The notes under the pieces: generated by a model
What the model was told of the DNA's origin: nothing
Seen by the model: only the letters and a program-made list of their open reading frames with translations
Database searches by the model: none
Source: Catajapyx aquilonaris
Lineage: Eukaryota
Length of the DNA: 64,000 nucleotides
NCBI GenBank assembly: GCA_000934665.2
Contig: KZ538101.1
Coordinates: forward strand, 62,001-126,000
Direction: 5' to 3'
Position numbers and translations under genes: made by a program
Part shown: positions 63,116 through 64,000 of the stretch, piece by piece
How the letters are laid out: each line of letters opens with the position of its first letter
Position numbering within the stretch: the stretch's first letter is position 1

Positions 63116-64000
63116 TACCTGACTTTAAGCATTTAACCGACACTTTTTCATTTGAAGATCCTGGGAATGATTCACATTGATCCATTGGCATTTTAGGGCA
63201 AGTGTTGAACTCCTTTTATCCAGTGTTCGTCAGGGATGCTTCTGTACAACCTAGCAGCAATTTTTAATGACGACTTCCCATTAATGATATTCGATAAGAC
63301 AATCCGCAATGATATGGTACGCTACTACAAGTAGTAGTCAGCCTGAAACATGTGGTTTCAGGTAGACCAACATTTCCCTCAACACGTCAGGTGCGCTGAG
63401 CGGCATTAGTGATGCCTCCGGGATCACTAATCACCCTCTGCTGAACCGAATGATCCAGCATCCCAGATTGGAGGGTGTCACCCCTGCGGGCAAAACGGAC
63501 AGGAAGTGCTGGATATCCATGAAATTCGATGTCCCCCATTCACCCCTCTCCCTACCCCTCTCTTTCCTAACCCCTGCTACTCACCTCATAGGTTCACTCC
63601 TAAAAGTGCACGGCCATAGACTAGCCTATAACCAGCTGTGTTTCCTGCGTAGTGCCTGGTGTGACTGGGGCTACGGGAGGGGGAGGGGGGGGCATCTTCC
63701 AGGACGGGATTTATTTCACTGAGTAGAGGCTTTCGTCCCGCCCCTTTTTCCCGGAGAGAAATGGGGTCCCCCAGGTGGGAAGCTCTGGCCACCGATTCTT
63801 TTGAATATTTGAAGCCGCGCCAGTGGATCAAGTGCCACCTGAATGATTCAGAATCAATCCTTCGCGCCGGTTGATATTGATCCTGCCCCAGCCTCCCCCC
63901 AGCCCCATCCAGCCCCGGCTCCAGCCTCACCCGATGCTATAGACAAAGTAGGCAGGCTGAGGAGGGTTAATAGTTGCGACCTGGCAGGCCTGACCTGGGC

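Noticed and set aside
63586..63930. Penelope GIY-YIG-like ININRREG on the minus strand
   Set aside because: Isolated short match; the surrounding frames lack GIY-YIG features.

Overview
Eukaryotic, non-coding-dominated genomic DNA, most likely an arthropod or insect. This is inferred from the repeat content: hexapod-type tRNA-derived SINEs, mariner fossils, Helitron/HINE-type elements and a (TTAGG)-like tract. I can support no intact protein-coding gene, rRNA, true tRNA or CRISPR array; the ORF track consists of spurious ORFs, many running through repeats. The window reads like a large intron or intergenic region. It contains about 13 tRNA-derived SINE copies from about 6 families, most with clear 12-19 bp target-site duplications (TSDs). 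It also contains about 17 MITE/foldback elements, a non-autonomous Helitron, a HINE-like element, decayed mariner and non-LTR retrotransposon fragments, microsatellites, and several GC-rich TE-poor islands. The most notable observations are: (i) four SINE families with different heads/bodies share one 3' tail; (ii) a TSD-flanked chimeric retro-insert joins a SINE head to about 700 bp of unrelated repeat DNA through a templated inversion; (iii) TA-NNN(N)-TA motifs are pervasive, and three of them are visible as insertions inside repeat copies, consistent with DNA-transposon excision footprints. Coordinates were read by eye and may be off by a few bases. No database searches were run.
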